A DNA stretch of 64,000 nucleotides from an uncultured Gammaproteobacteria bacterium (GTDB lineage: Bacteria; Patescibacteriota; Patescibacteriia; Magasanikbacterales; UBA922). A program made the position numbers and the translations under genes. The stretch is from assembly GCA_964394405.1 (NCBI GenBank), contig CAYMVY010000001.1, forward strand, positions 428,585-492,584, given 5' to 3'. The notes below the pieces were generated by a model, which was not told the DNA's origin, ran no database searches, and saw nothing but the letters and a program-made list of their open reading frames with translations. Of this stretch, positions 1 through 9,096 are shown piece after piece (position 1 is the stretch's first letter; each line of letters begins with the position of its first letter).

Positions 1-432
1 TCGGTCAAGAATACGTCGCGCTTGCTGTGCATCGACAAGCTTCAGATCGATCGTACGGGGATTTTTGATAGCCTCTTCAATCGCATGTTTGGTAATTTCA
101 TGGAATACAATACGCTCAGCTTTTTTTGGGTCGATTTCGAATAGTTCTGCCAAATGCCAGGATATAGCTTCTCCTTCACGGTCTTCGTCAGTCGCAAATA
201 TGATCCGGTCATTTGCTTTTGCAAGCTTCTTTAATTTATCTGCCTGAGGTTTCCGATCTTTTGAAACGATGTAATGGGGCATGAAGGTTCCCCCGTCGAT
301 ATCAATACCCATTTTGCTTTTTGGCAGATCACGAACATGGCCGAACGATGATTCGACAATATATCCTTTTCCCAAAAAACGGGAAATTGTTTTAGCCTTT
401 GTTGGGGACTCGACGATTACTAATACTCCCAT
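1..432 (-). CDS. topA: DNA topoisomerase I, N-terminal Toprim region (5' partial gene; continues past window start)
   Basis: Manual minus-strand translation from ATG (complement 430-432): MGVLVIVESPTKAKTISRFLGKGYIVESSFGHVRDLPKS...IIFATDEDREGEAISWHLAELF. Toprim motifs match TopA. The ORF runs off the window, so it is absent from the ORF track. Confidence 0.8.
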   Translation of the reverse strand, partial: MGVLVIVESPTKAKTISRFLGKGYIVESSFGHVRDLPKSKMGIDIDGGTFMPHYIVSKDRKPQADKLKKLAKANDRIIFATDEDREGEAISWHLAELFEIDPKKAERIVFHEITKHAIEEAIKNPRTIDLKLVDAQQARRILDR

Positions 433-490
433 AGAAGAGGTAGTTGGAATTGATTTTGAGCCGTGAGCATACGTGAATATGCTCTAATTG

Positions 491-1816
491 TCAACCAACA
501 AGATGTCCACGTAATTCTCCTGACATGAAAATAGAGCCTGTCGCAAGAATACAATCATGTGGTTTCGCGATCCCCTTAGTATACTCGTATGCGTCTTTTG
601 GATCAAGGAATAACTGTATTTTGCACGCAGGCAATTCACGTCGTATATGAGTACGAATGACGTCCATGTCAGCAACTTTGCGGAACGGATTAACACTGTT
701 TCGTGTAATGGAAATGCTCGCGGGTTTTAAACTGAGTAATTGTTTGAGCATGCCCGGAACATCTTTATCTCCTGAGAAACTGATAATCAGGTGAAGTTTT
801 TTGATTCCAAAGAGCGGAAGTAAGGCGGCAGTGGTCTCGGTGGTAGATCGTATTTTATCTCTATTATGCGCACCATCAAGTATGGTAAGAGGTGTGGTCG
901 AGATTACCTCCATTCGAAGAGGTTGGGTAGTAGAGGCGAGTCCTTTGATGATGTGTGCTAGATCAATGCCTAGTTTTTTTGCAGCTTCAATACAAAGTAC
1001 TGCATTATGAATTTGATGTACTCCATATGCAGTGAGAGTAAACACGGTGCTATCGTAGGTAAAGGACACTCCTTTTTTGGTAGTCGAAACATCAGTGATA
1101 AGTGGTTTGGTGATTCTGGTGTAGGGGACATGTTGTTTGCGTGCCTCTGCTTCGATAATCCGTGCAATACGAGTATTTTTTTCAGAAGTTATAGCACACT
1201 TGGTTTTCTTGGTAATAATTCCCGCTTTTTCATATGCGATTTCTGATTTATTATTTCCAATAATTCCCACATGATCGAGTCCAATATTAGTAATAATGGC
1301 AATATCTTTGTGTGGAATAATATTACTTGAGTCGTATCTTCCACCACACGCAACTTCCATGACTGCATGTGTCACGCGGTGTCGTGTGAAAAATATAAGA
1401 CCAATTGCCTCAGTGAGTTCGAAAAAAGAAATCATGTCGTATGTTGTAGTTCTCATGTATTCATCAAGCTTTGGTTTGAGGTATTCTACGATTGACACAA
1501 ATTCATCCTCAGTCATGTAGGCATCTCCGATCTTCCATCGCTCAATAATACTACTCGGATGTGGAGAATAGGTAGAGCCGACTCGGTATCCTGCTGCATG
1601 AAGAATAGTATGCATGTATGCAGTGGTAGAGCCTTTGCCACTGGTGCCGGTTACATGGATATAGTGCTTTATTTTTTTCTCTGGGTTCCCGAGAACATCA
1701 AGAAAAGCTTGGAGACGATTCAAATACCATCCGCATTCACGAGGGTTTGCCATGTATTCTTTTCTCGGAATGTTCGAAAGCGATAGAATCCAATTGTATG
1801 CTTCATCAAAATTCAT
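491..1816 (-). CDS. folC: Mur-ligase family folylpolyglutamate synthase / dihydrofolate synthase-like protein
   Basis: 441 aa. P-loop VTGTSGKGST, DHxG and ILDGAHN motifs are typical of FolC/Mur ligases. Confidence 0.75.
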   Translation of the reverse strand: MNFDEAYNWILSLSNIPRKEYMANPRECGWYLNRLQAFLDVLGNPEKKIKHYIHVTGTSGKGSTTAYMHTILHAAGYRVGSTYSPHPSSIIERWKIGDAYMTEDEFVSIVEYLKPKLDEYMRTTTYDMISFFELTEAIGLIFFTRHRVTHAVMEVACGGRYDSSNIIPHKDIAIITNIGLDHVGIIGNNKSEIAYEKAGIITKKTKCAITSEKNTRIARIIEAEARKQHVPYTRITKPLITDVSTTKKGVSFTYDSTVFTLTAYGVHQIHNAVLCIEAAKKLGIDLAHIIKGLASTTQPLRMEVISTTPLTILDGAHNRDKIRSTTETTAALLPLFGIKKLHLIISFSGDKDVPGMLKQLLSLKPASISITRNSVNPFRKVADMDVIRTHIRRELPACKIQLFLDPKDAYEYTKGIAKPHDCILATGSIFMSGELRGHLVG

Positions 1817-1905
1817 AACTCAAAATTTAAAACTCAAAGCTCAAAACTATAACTTAAATCTAAAAACTTTTTTAATTGTAGTTTTGCGTTTTGACATTTG
1901 AGTTT
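1817..1905. repeat. AT-rich imperfect palindromic intergenic repeat (family copy 1: aaaactcaaagctcaaaactataactTaaa...gttttgacatttgagtttttag)
   Basis: Shares 20-30 nt blocks with copies at 11212, 24505, 30665 and 53109. Left arm aaaactNaaa..., right arm ...tttgagtttttag. Confidence 0.6.
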
Positions 1906-3009
1906 TTAGTTTTTTATAATGTACATCATATTCCCCACATTTTGTATCCGACCCTTCATCTCAAGTACTGTAAGCATGGCAATCACTGTGGGTCCGGGGA
2001 GGGTGGATTTTCGTGTAATTTCGTCAATATGGAGTGGTTCTCGACTAAGTAACTGGATTAACTGTCCTTCGTCATCCGTGTCTGGAATAGTTTCCTGTAC
2101 CCTGACGTGCCGTTCAAATGCATTGAGGTTCAGATTTTCAAGTATATCATCAGCACTTCGCACGAGGTATGCTCCATCACGAATAAGCTTGTGTGGCCCA
2201 GCACCTGTAGGAGATGTGAGTGGATGAGGCACCGCATATACATCACGCCCATATTCGAGAGAACACGAGGCAGTGATGAGCGCACCTGATTTTTCTGGAG
2301 CTTCGATAACGAGTGTTGCAAGAGAGATTCCTGCGACAATCCGGTTGCGTTTTGGAAAGCTGTAGGTGGTAGGAATTGCTCCTGGGGGGTATTCTCCAAT
2401 AAGAGCACCATTCCTGTCAATGATAGTCTCTCCGAGATCATAATGTGCACGAGGGTACACTGATTGTCGATCAATGCCTGAGCCGAGCACTCCGATCGTG
2501 GTGCCACGAGCATCAATTGTAGCTTTGTGTGCAACGCCATCAATACCAAGTGCTAATCCACTGATAATTTCAACGCCATGCACCGCAAGCTCACCGACGA
2601 TTTCTTCAGTCATTTGTTTTCCATATGTTGTCATTTTTCGAGTGCCGACAACGGCGATTCGAGGGCGGGAATTATCAATAATTCCACGGACAAAGAGTGC
2701 AACGGGCGGATCAAAGATTTCTTTGAGTAGTGGAGGATATTGGGAGTCTTCAATTGAAATAATTCGTATCTCGTCTCGCTCAAGTATATTTTGATACTCT
2801 TCTTCTCTAAATGAATTTCTCCAATGGAGAAATTCATTTGCGCTATTCTCATCAAATCCTGCTTTGATAAGTTCTTCAAATTCAGCAACCCAAACAAACT
2901 CAAAATTACTAAAAGCATTTTTGAGTATACGATATTTAGAAAGAGTGAATTTTGGATACAGACACAAACGATACAGAGCCTCCATGTAACGTGCTAAATC
3001 AATGTCCAA
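1906..3009 (-). CDS. dprA: DNA processing protein DprA (Smf)
   Basis: 367 aa. Rossmann-like DprA core (IAVVGTR...GLALGIDGVAH...SGALITA) plus a C-terminal winged-helix-like tail. Confidence 0.85.
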   Translation of the reverse strand: MDIDLARYMEALYRLCLYPKFTLSKYRILKNAFSNFEFVWVAEFEELIKAGFDENSANEFLHWRNSFREEEYQNILERDEIRIISIEDSQYPPLLKEIFDPPVALFVRGIIDNSRPRIAVVGTRKMTTYGKQMTEEIVGELAVHGVEIISGLALGIDGVAHKATIDARGTTIGVLGSGIDRQSVYPRAHYDLGETIIDRNGALIGEYPPGAIPTTYSFPKRNRIVAGISLATLVIEAPEKSGALITASCSLEYGRDVYAVPHPLTSPTGAGPHKLIRDGAYLVRSADDILENLNLNAFERHVRVQETIPDTDDEGQLIQLLSREPLHIDEITRKSTLPGPTVIAMLTVLEMKGRIQNVGNMMYIIKN

Positions 3010-3541
3010 TAAACGAAAGTAATATTCGTGCGCTTTCAGTAAGCATTGTCTCTAATTTTTTCTTTTCAAATAATCCAAATTTTTTCAAAACGAATGCTGC
3101 AACATCCTCCATTTTTTTGGGGTCTGCGATTCCTAGGCGTACTCGGGCGAATTCTTTGGTGGACAGAAGCTCAATAATTGATTTCACTCCATTATGTCCG
3201 GCATGTCCACGATCTTCTTGCATCCTAATCTCACCGAGGGGTAAATCTTTGTCATCATGAATGACAATCAAATCACGAGCGGACATTTTATAAAAATGCA
3301 TAATCATTGCAACTGATTCACCAGAGTGATTCATATAGGTGGTCGGTTTTGCAAGAATGATTTTTTCTCCATTGATCGTAGTACCGGAGACGTATGCATT
3401 GAATTTGGTACTCAACTCCCAATTATTAATTCCAGTATTTTTTAGCGCGATGTGCAATCGGTCAATCGCCATAAATCCTGCGTTATGGCGGGTTTTTTCA
3501 TATTTTTTTCCTGGATTGCCGAGTCCGACGATTAATTTCAT
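2999..3541 (-). CDS. pth: peptidyl-tRNA hydrolase
   Basis: 180 aa. LIVGLGNPG...YxxTRHNAGF motif. Confidence 0.9.
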   Translation of the reverse strand: MKLIVGLGNPGKKYEKTRHNAGFMAIDRLHIALKNTGINNWELSTKFNAYVSGTTINGEKIILAKPTTYMNHSGESVAMIMHFYKMSARDLIVIHDDKDLPLGEIRMQEDRGHAGHNGVKSIIELLSTKEFARVRLGIADPKKMEDVAAFVLKKFGLFEKKKLETMLTESARILLSFIGH

Positions 3542-3631
3542 AACATTGATTTAAACAGATTAACATAGATTACGCAGAAAATACTATCAATTCTTTCAGT
3601 CTAAATCAGTATCAATCTGTGTAATCAATGT

Positions 3632-5026
3632 TTAGATACGCTTCATTTTGGTCATTTTGATTACAATCGGAGTTCCCTCAAAACTGAATTCTTCACGTAA
3701 TTTACGTTCCAGATATTGTAAGTATGAACGATGAAGGGATGTGCGATATTTAATAAAAGCTTCGAATACGGGTGGGTCAGTGTTAATTTGACGGAAACGA
3801 GTAATGGAAGGTTGTCTAGTTCCTTTTCCGCGCGCAGGTTTGTGTTCCCAGGTAACTCGCTTGATAAAGAGATCTAATTTTCGTTGATCAACTTCTGTTT
3901 TTCGTGCTTCGGAAATCGTGGCTAATAGCGGAAATACCTGCTGTACGCGGTACCCACTTTTTCCACTAACAAATAAGATTGAAGCAAAATCAAGGTGTGG
4001 GAAATGAGCGTAGATCATCTGCTTCACCTCATTTCGGTGTGCGTCACTGTTGTCTTCCGCAAGATCCCATTTGTTCACCAGAATCACAACACTCTTGCTG
4101 CGTTTTTCGATAAGTCCTGCAAGTTGCATATCCTGTACGGAAATTGGCTCACTTCCATCAATGATCATGAGGATAATATCTGAGTGTTCAATCGTTTTAA
4201 TACTTTTGCTGATACCTTGTCGTTCTAGGACACCTGACACTTTTGCCTTTCTTCTAATACCCGCAGTATCAATAAAGGTGATTAAATATTTTTTTCCATC
4301 CATTTCGTAATCAACGGTAGTATCAAATGGTTCACGAGTGGTGTGTGCGATCGGGGATACAATTACTTTTTCGTCATCAATCAATTTATTAAACAAACTT
4401 GATTTTCCCGCGTTTGGTTTACCGATAAGGGCTACGTGGATGGTCTGTACTTGTTCCAAACTTTTTACTTTTGGTTTTTTTGATGCGAGATCAAGTGATT
4501 GATATATAAGATCAAGTAAATCTCCAACACCTCGTCCAGTTGCGGCTGAAATCATGTGGGGTTCTCCCATAGCAAGAGATGCCCAATCTGAAATAAGAAA
4601 TCCTTGTTCAATTTTTTTACTATCAGCTTTGTTTGCAACGAGAAATATATCTGCATTTTTTTTGTACGTGCGCACAATCATACGAGCGAGCTCCTTGTCC
4701 TGTGGGAGAACTCCTTCTTGTGAGTCAATGACAAATAGGATGATGTCCGCCTCTTTGAGAGCTTTACTCGATTGTTCGAGAATCTCATCGGCAAATAATT
4801 CGTTTTCCTTTGAATCAATTCCGCCGGTATCAATCAGTCGCACGTATTGTCCGCGCCAGAGGATATTACCCTCGTTATTAGTGCGAGTGGTGCCTGCGAT
4901 GTCAGAAACAAGTGCTTTGTTTTCTTCAATAAGCGCGTTAAACAACGTCGATTTACCTGCATTTGCTCGGCCGACGATAACCACGACTGGTAGTTGTTCT
5001 TTTAAGGCTACTCCAGGAATTGCCAT
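3632..5026 (-). CDS. der: ribosome-associated GTPase Der (EngA), tandem GTPase domains + KH-like C-terminus
   Basis: 464 aa. Two P-loops (GRANAGKST and GKPNAGKSS), two DTAG motifs, NKxD motifs. Confidence 0.9.
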   Translation of the reverse strand: MAIPGVALKEQLPVVVIVGRANAGKSTLFNALIEENKALVSDIAGTTRTNNEGNILWRGQYVRLIDTGGIDSKENELFADEILEQSSKALKEADIILFVIDSQEGVLPQDKELARMIVRTYKKNADIFLVANKADSKKIEQGFLISDWASLAMGEPHMISAATGRGVGDLLDLIYQSLDLASKKPKVKSLEQVQTIHVALIGKPNAGKSSLFNKLIDDEKVIVSPIAHTTREPFDTTVDYEMDGKKYLITFIDTAGIRRKAKVSGVLERQGISKSIKTIEHSDIILMIIDGSEPISVQDMQLAGLIEKRSKSVVILVNKWDLAEDNSDAHRNEVKQMIYAHFPHLDFASILFVSGKSGYRVQQVFPLLATISEARKTEVDQRKLDLFIKRVTWEHKPARGKGTRQPSITRFRQINTDPPVFEAFIKYRTSLHRSYLQYLERKLREEFSFEGTPIVIKMTKMKRI

Positions 5027-5053
5027 AGTAGTTCTAGTATATAGGATGATGAG

Positions 5054-6532
5054 TTATTCAACAAAGTCGTTGCCCAGTAATACCACAATATTCGTACTTG
5101 ACGCAAGGGGCACCAAGTTTTGAGGCAAGGTGGTTTTGAGTGGAATATTGAGTTCATCTGCAATATGTTGTCCCATCACCTGAACCGCAGGATCAAGGAT
5201 ATATACAGCGCTCAACGCAATTGGCTTCAAATTTGGGTCTACATTGCCTACTTTTTCAGCATATATTTGTTTTGCCTTGAGGCGGGCCTCTACTCGGGCA
5301 GCGAGTCCTGCACCCCAGGTACCGTTCTCGATTTCGATTATAGGTTCAATGGTTGCTTCAACTATAGAATCTTTAGTCGTTGCTTCTATTGGTGCATGCA
5401 CAGACTGTTGTATTCCTAGTACTCGAGGAGTGCTGGTAGAAGTAAAGATATTTTCAATTGCAGAATTAATATGAGCAAACGATCCACCTTTCGGACTCAG
5501 AATAAATGCTCCTCCGGGCGCAGATGAGTTGTAGAGAAAACCATTGGGGCTATCATCAAGCACCAGACTAGTCATGTCTGTGGTATTAAGCTCTCGCCCG
5601 AGTCGGACCAATTCAATAATTTCATCAAACTGCATATTGGTCGTCATATTTTTTTCCAGGGCATCGATAATTTTTTTTATTCGAAGAGGGTTGGTCAAAG
5701 TGCTGAAAGATAAAACTTTTTCTTTGAGCGCAAGCAATATTTGTTGCTGTCGTCGTGCTCTCGCAAAATCAGAACCTTCGCCATTATTACCATGACGTGA
5801 ACGAGCATACTTGAGGGCAGTAGCCCCGTCCATGGTTTGTGGTCCAGCAGTGAATGATATGGTTTGATAACTTTCACGTGGGCCAGGGTATTGATAATCG
5901 GTGAAACTAGTGGGTACATCAATTCGAACACCACCAACCTCGTCGATAATTTCTTCAAAGGCGGTGAAATCAAGACGAAGGTAATAGGGGATATCAATGT
6001 CGAATGTATCTGCGATTACTTCAGTTGCATATGCACCACCCCATCCGGTTTTTTCACTTTCACCAAATGCAGAGGCACTATTAATCTTGTATATACCCTT
6101 TCCTTTGATATTCACCCCAAGATCGCGTGGTATGGAAATAAGGGCGACCTGATGTGTTGAGGGTTGAATACTTGCGATGATAATCGTATCAGTAAGATAG
6201 GGACCATCGTGACCCGGTCCTCCCATACCAAGGAGTAATACATTGATCCGATCTCTCTTCTCACCTTCGAGATCGATATTTTTTTTGAATACAAGATAAC
6301 TTAATTTTTTCAAAAATCCATCTGGTTTTTTTGGCTCAAGTGTCAGTAGGTCATATTCGAGCTGACTATCGTTGCTACGCGCAATCAAGATTCCGCCACC
6401 GACAAGAATAAGTATAATAATTCCGAGTAACAAAAAAATTCGCCCTCGTCTGTTCGGAGGGGGTGGGGGTAATTGAGAATTATGAAAACCTGAGTGCTTT
6501 CGGAGTAGATTGATATGAGGTTCTTCAACCAT
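5054..6532 (-). CDS. LytR-CpsA-Psr (LCP) family cell-envelope phosphotransferase, membrane-anchored with long C-terminal extension
   Basis: 492 aa. N-terminal TM helix; LCP core (NVLLLGMGG...DTIIIASI...ISIPRDL). Confidence 0.75.
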   Translation of the reverse strand: MVEEPHINLLRKHSGFHNSQLPPPPPNRRGRIFLLLGIIILILVGGGILIARSNDSQLEYDLLTLEPKKPDGFLKKLSYLVFKKNIDLEGEKRDRINVLLLGMGGPGHDGPYLTDTIIIASIQPSTHQVALISIPRDLGVNIKGKGIYKINSASAFGESEKTGWGGAYATEVIADTFDIDIPYYLRLDFTAFEEIIDEVGGVRIDVPTSFTDYQYPGPRESYQTISFTAGPQTMDGATALKYARSRHGNNGEGSDFARARRQQQILLALKEKVLSFSTLTNPLRIKKIIDALEKNMTTNMQFDEIIELVRLGRELNTTDMTSLVLDDSPNGFLYNSSAPGGAFILSPKGGSFAHINSAIENIFTSTSTPRVLGIQQSVHAPIEATTKDSIVEATIEPIIEIENGTWGAGLAARVEARLKAKQIYAEKVGNVDPNLKPIALSAVYILDPAVQVMGQHIADELNIPLKTTLPQNLVPLASSTNIVVLLGNDFVE

Positions 6533-6648
6533 AGTACAGAAAAGTATATCTTAAATAGTTGTTTTTTGCAATTTAAAAACCCAGTGTGGTGTTGAATAAA
6601 AAGTATGGTATACTATATCAGTCCTTATTTTCCTATATGTGAATAGGT

Positions 6649-7152
6649 ATGCCCAAAGTTATAGACAACTCAACGGTAGTGGGGAATACACTGCTCGAAT
6701 GGAGTGTGGCAGAATATGAACAGCATATTCGTCCTCTCGCGTGGTACACAATCATGACGATTATAGGAGCGCTTCTGGTGGGGTATGCGATTTTTACTGA
6801 CAACTTCATGTTTGCAATCATTATAGTATTGTTTGCAATCATTATTTTTTTACAGTCACATCAGGAGCCTATTGTCGTCCCATTTCGAATAACAGAACTG
6901 GGGCTCGTTATTAATAATCGGCTATATATATACTCTGAGTTGAAGGATTTTTATATCATTTACGAACCACCAGAGATCAAAATGCTTTTTATTGAAACTA
7001 ATAGTACTATTCGCCCCCGTCTGAGAATTCCTCTAATGGATATGAATCCGAATGAGGTGAGGAGCTTATTGCTTGAATTTCTTGAAGAGAATTTACAAAA
7101 AGAAGAAGAGCCGTTTAGCGACAAGATTGCGAGAGAGTGGAGGATACATTAG
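6649..7152 (+). CDS. hypothetical membrane protein (2 TM helices)
   Basis: 167 aa ORF with hydrophobic helices. No recognisable family. Confidence 0.5.
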   Translation: MPKVIDNSTVVGNTLLEWSVAEYEQHIRPLAWYTIMTIIGALLVGYAIFTDNFMFAIIIVLFAIIIFLQSHQEPIVVPFRITELGLVINNRLYIYSELKDFYIIYEPPEIKMLFIETNSTIRPRLRIPLMDMNPNEVRSLLLEFLEENLQKEEEPFSDKIAREWRIH

Positions 7153-7255
7153 TCGAAAGTAAAAAGTCATAAAGTTCAAAAGTCAAATTCTCTCACTGTA
7201 TTTACTTTTCGATTTTAAGGACTTTATGACTTTTAGACTAGTCCTTGCATTATTC

Positions 7256-7285
7256 TTGACTTTTAACTGTTTTTCGGGGTATACT
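7256..7285 (+). promoter_or_regulatory. sigma70-like promoter (TTGACT-N18-TATACT) likely driving partial-tRNA / GIY-YIG / tRNA-Arg transcript
   Basis: ttgact at 7256-7261, tatact at 7280-7285. Sits downstream of a 14-bp inverted repeat (aaaagtcataaagt / actttatgactttt). Confidence 0.4.
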
Positions 7286-7309
7286 TCGCCTCGTTGTTTT
7301 TATATTTAC

Positions 7310-7369
7310 GCACTCGTCGTTTAACCCCGACGATTAGTCGGGGCTCCGACTTTACGTCGGAGTGGATAG
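7310..7369 (+). other. partial copy of tRNA-Arg(GCG) 5' end (22 nt) interrupted in the D-loop by a 38-nt double perfect hairpin insert
   Basis: 7310-7324 gcactcgtcgtttaa is identical to tRNA 7646-7660. Next come two perfect 7-bp hairpins (ccccgac-gatta-gtcgggg, ctccgac-tttac-gtcggag). Then tggatag (7363-7369) continues the tRNA sequence before diverging. Confidence 0.5.
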
Positions 7370-7381
7370 TACTATACAAGT

Positions 7382-7645
7382 ATGGAGGGATTTGTATATA
7401 TTCTAGAAGATGATCAGGGTAAATTCTATATCGGTAGTACTACAGATATAGAACGAAGATTTGCTCAACATACGTCTGGTCATACTCAAACTACACGAAG
7501 AATGGGAAGGTTAACTTTGCGTTTAGTACAGAAATACGATACCTTAGAGCAAGCTCGTTCAGTTGAAAAATCGATTAAAAAATTAAAGAGAAAGGATTAT
7601 ATAAAAAAGATGGTAGATGAACAGTACATTAAAATCAAACCTTAA
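7382..7645 (+). CDS. GIY-YIG nuclease family protein, YhbQ/UPF0213-like
   Basis: 87 aa. FVYILEDDQGKFYIGSTTDIERRFAQHTSG aligns with E. coli YhbQ ([30 protein letters not shown]). Its stop codon directly abuts the tRNA-Arg 5' end. Confidence 0.8.
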   Translation: MEGFVYILEDDQGKFYIGSTTDIERRFAQHTSGHTQTTRRMGRLTLRLVQKYDTLEQARSVEKSIKKLKRKDYIKKMVDEQYIKIKP

Positions 7646-7717
7646 GCACTCGTCGTTTAATGGATAGGACACTAGCTTGCGGAGCTGGTAATCGTGGTTC
7701 GATTCCACGCGAGTGCA
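7646..7717 (+). tRNA. tRNA-Arg (anticodon GCG as read)
   Basis: Manual cloverleaf: acceptor GCACTCG/CGAGTGC, D-arm GTTT-AATGGATA-GGAC, anticodon stem CTAGC/GCTGG with loop TTGCGGA, T-arm CGTGG-TTCGATT-CCACG, discriminator A. No encoded CCA. Confidence 0.8.
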
Positions 7718-7721
7718 CAAA

Positions 7722-7755
7722 TAAAAACACTGACCCAGGTCAGTGTTTTTATTTG
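7722..7755 (+). terminator. rho-independent terminator after tRNA-Arg
   Basis: aaacactgacc / caggtcagtgttt hairpin followed by T-run. Confidence 0.6.
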
Positions 7756-7794
7756 GTGAGCCTCACCTGTAAATTCTCTAAAAGTTGTGGTAGG

Positions 7795-8376
7795 ATGTAT
7801 ACATATATGAGTAATAAGAAAATTTGGAAAACAATTCTTCAAGGGATATTTCTTTTAGTAATTATTAGTGTTGCTCTGTACTTTGGTCATATTGCTCGGG
7901 AAAATGAAAGTATCCGAAGTGTGATCGGAAACTACGGATACATAGGTATATTCATTGTTTCAATAATCAGTGGATTCAATTTTGTCGTGCCTATACCAGC
8001 TGCATCATTTCTTCCGTTATTTCTCGAATCAGGACTCAATTATTGGACCACGCTCGTGATAATTAGTCTGGGAATGACGACCGCCGATAGCTTTGCATAT
8101 TTTCTAGGGAATTTGGGAACCAAGATGGTTTCAACTCCATTTGCAAAAAAATTGGAACGTAAAATTAAAATTATTCATGAGAAGTATAATTGGGCACCGT
8201 TAATCATTTTATTTTTATTTGCTGCATTTGCTCCGTTGCCAAATGAAGTGTTGTTAGTTCCTTTTGCGTTTCTTAGATATCGTTTTGTGTATCTGATTCC
8301 AATTTTGTTTGCAGGAAATATGCTTTTCAATTTTTTATTTTCCAAAGGAATTCTCAATATTTTTATGATTTTTTAA
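7795..8376 (+). CDS. DedA/VTT-domain (YqaA-like) membrane protein
   Basis: The ORF-track start (7660) overlaps the tRNA. The plausible start is MYTYMSNKK (7795) or MSNKK (7807). Polytopic, with FVVPIPAASFLPLF...GMTTADSFAYFLG. Confidence 0.6.
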   Translation: MYTYMSNKKIWKTILQGIFLLVIISVALYFGHIARENESIRSVIGNYGYIGIFIVSIISGFNFVVPIPAASFLPLFLESGLNYWTTLVIISLGMTTADSFAYFLGNLGTKMVSTPFAKKLERKIKIIHEKYNWAPLIILFLFAAFAPLPNEVLLVPFAFLRYRFVYLIPILFAGNMLFNFLFSKGILNIFMIF

Positions 8377-8434
8377 AGTATTGAGGATAATTGACTTTTT
8401 ATTTTTTCGACTATATCATATCTGCACATCAATT

Positions 8435-8506
8435 GTCCTCGTAGGTTAATGGATAGACCGTTGGCCTCCGAAGCCGAAAATTCAGGTTCGATTCCTGACG
8501 AGGGCA
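8435..8506 (+). tRNA. tRNA-Arg (anticodon CCG)
   Basis: Manual cloverleaf: acceptor GTCCTCG/CGAGGGC (one G-U), anticodon loop CTCCGAA, T-loop TTCGATT. Preceded by TTGACT-N17-TATCAT (8393-8421) and followed by the hairpin atatggcgtacgccatat. Confidence 0.85.
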
Positions 8507-8572
8507 CGAATATGGCGTACGCCATATTTTTGTTTTGAAAAGTTACTACTCCATGTTACTATACTACATACT

Positions 8573-9091
8573 ATGTTATTTTGGATTAGTCTTGTAGCGC
8601 TTTTTTTTCTCATGTCTTTGTTATTCACCTACGCATATGGTGGGCTTAAGGCGGCGCCATGGGTTCCCATGCGCGCGCGGGATTTATCTCGACTTGATCG
8701 TTTGGTCCCTGTGCGTCCAGAAGATAGTGTCTACGATCTCGGATGTGGAGATGCTCGGACGCTTATTCATGCGCTGGAAAAAGGTGCTAGAGAAGTGGTG
8801 GGGTATGAAGTCTCTTTGATTCCGTATTTTTTGGCAAAAATAAAAGGGCGAAAATATGGGGAAAAGTTTAAAATTTTGTATCGGGATTTTTATAAAGCGG
8901 ACATATCAGGAGCAACCATTATTTTTTTGTTTTTGAGCTACAACGCGCATGCAAAATTAGGAAAAAAGTTTATGAAAGAATTAAAACCGGGTACTCGGAT
9001 TGCGACCTATGTATGGCCTATCGAAGGGTGGGTACCGCAAATAGTTGATAAGACTGAGAAAGATCTTTCTATCTTTATCTATGAGAGGTAG
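8573..9091 (+). CDS. class I SAM-dependent methyltransferase with N-terminal TM helix
   Basis: 172 aa. VYDLGCGDARTL motif I. Confidence 0.7.
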   Translation: MLFWISLVALFFLMSLLFTYAYGGLKAAPWVPMRARDLSRLDRLVPVRPEDSVYDLGCGDARTLIHALEKGAREVVGYEVSLIPYFLAKIKGRKYGEKFKILYRDFYKADISGATIIFLFLSYNAHAKLGKKFMKELKPGTRIATYVWPIEGWVPQIVDKTEKDLSIFIYER

Positions 9092-9096
9092 GGTAT

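Noticed and set aside
42-466. Three 60-61 aa ORFs in the ORF track at the window start (42..224 -, 65..247 +, 281..466 +)
   Set aside because: All overlap, in other frames or on the opposite strand, the clear topA Toprim-domain reading frame (1..432, minus) that runs off the window. They are shadow ORFs.
7660-7806. N-terminal 45-49 aa of ORF-track ORF 7660..8376 (MDRTLACGAGNRGSIPRE...)
   Set aside because: This stretch is simply the tRNA-Arg(GCG) gene and its terminator read in frame. The real DedA-like protein starts at the Met at 7795 or 7807.
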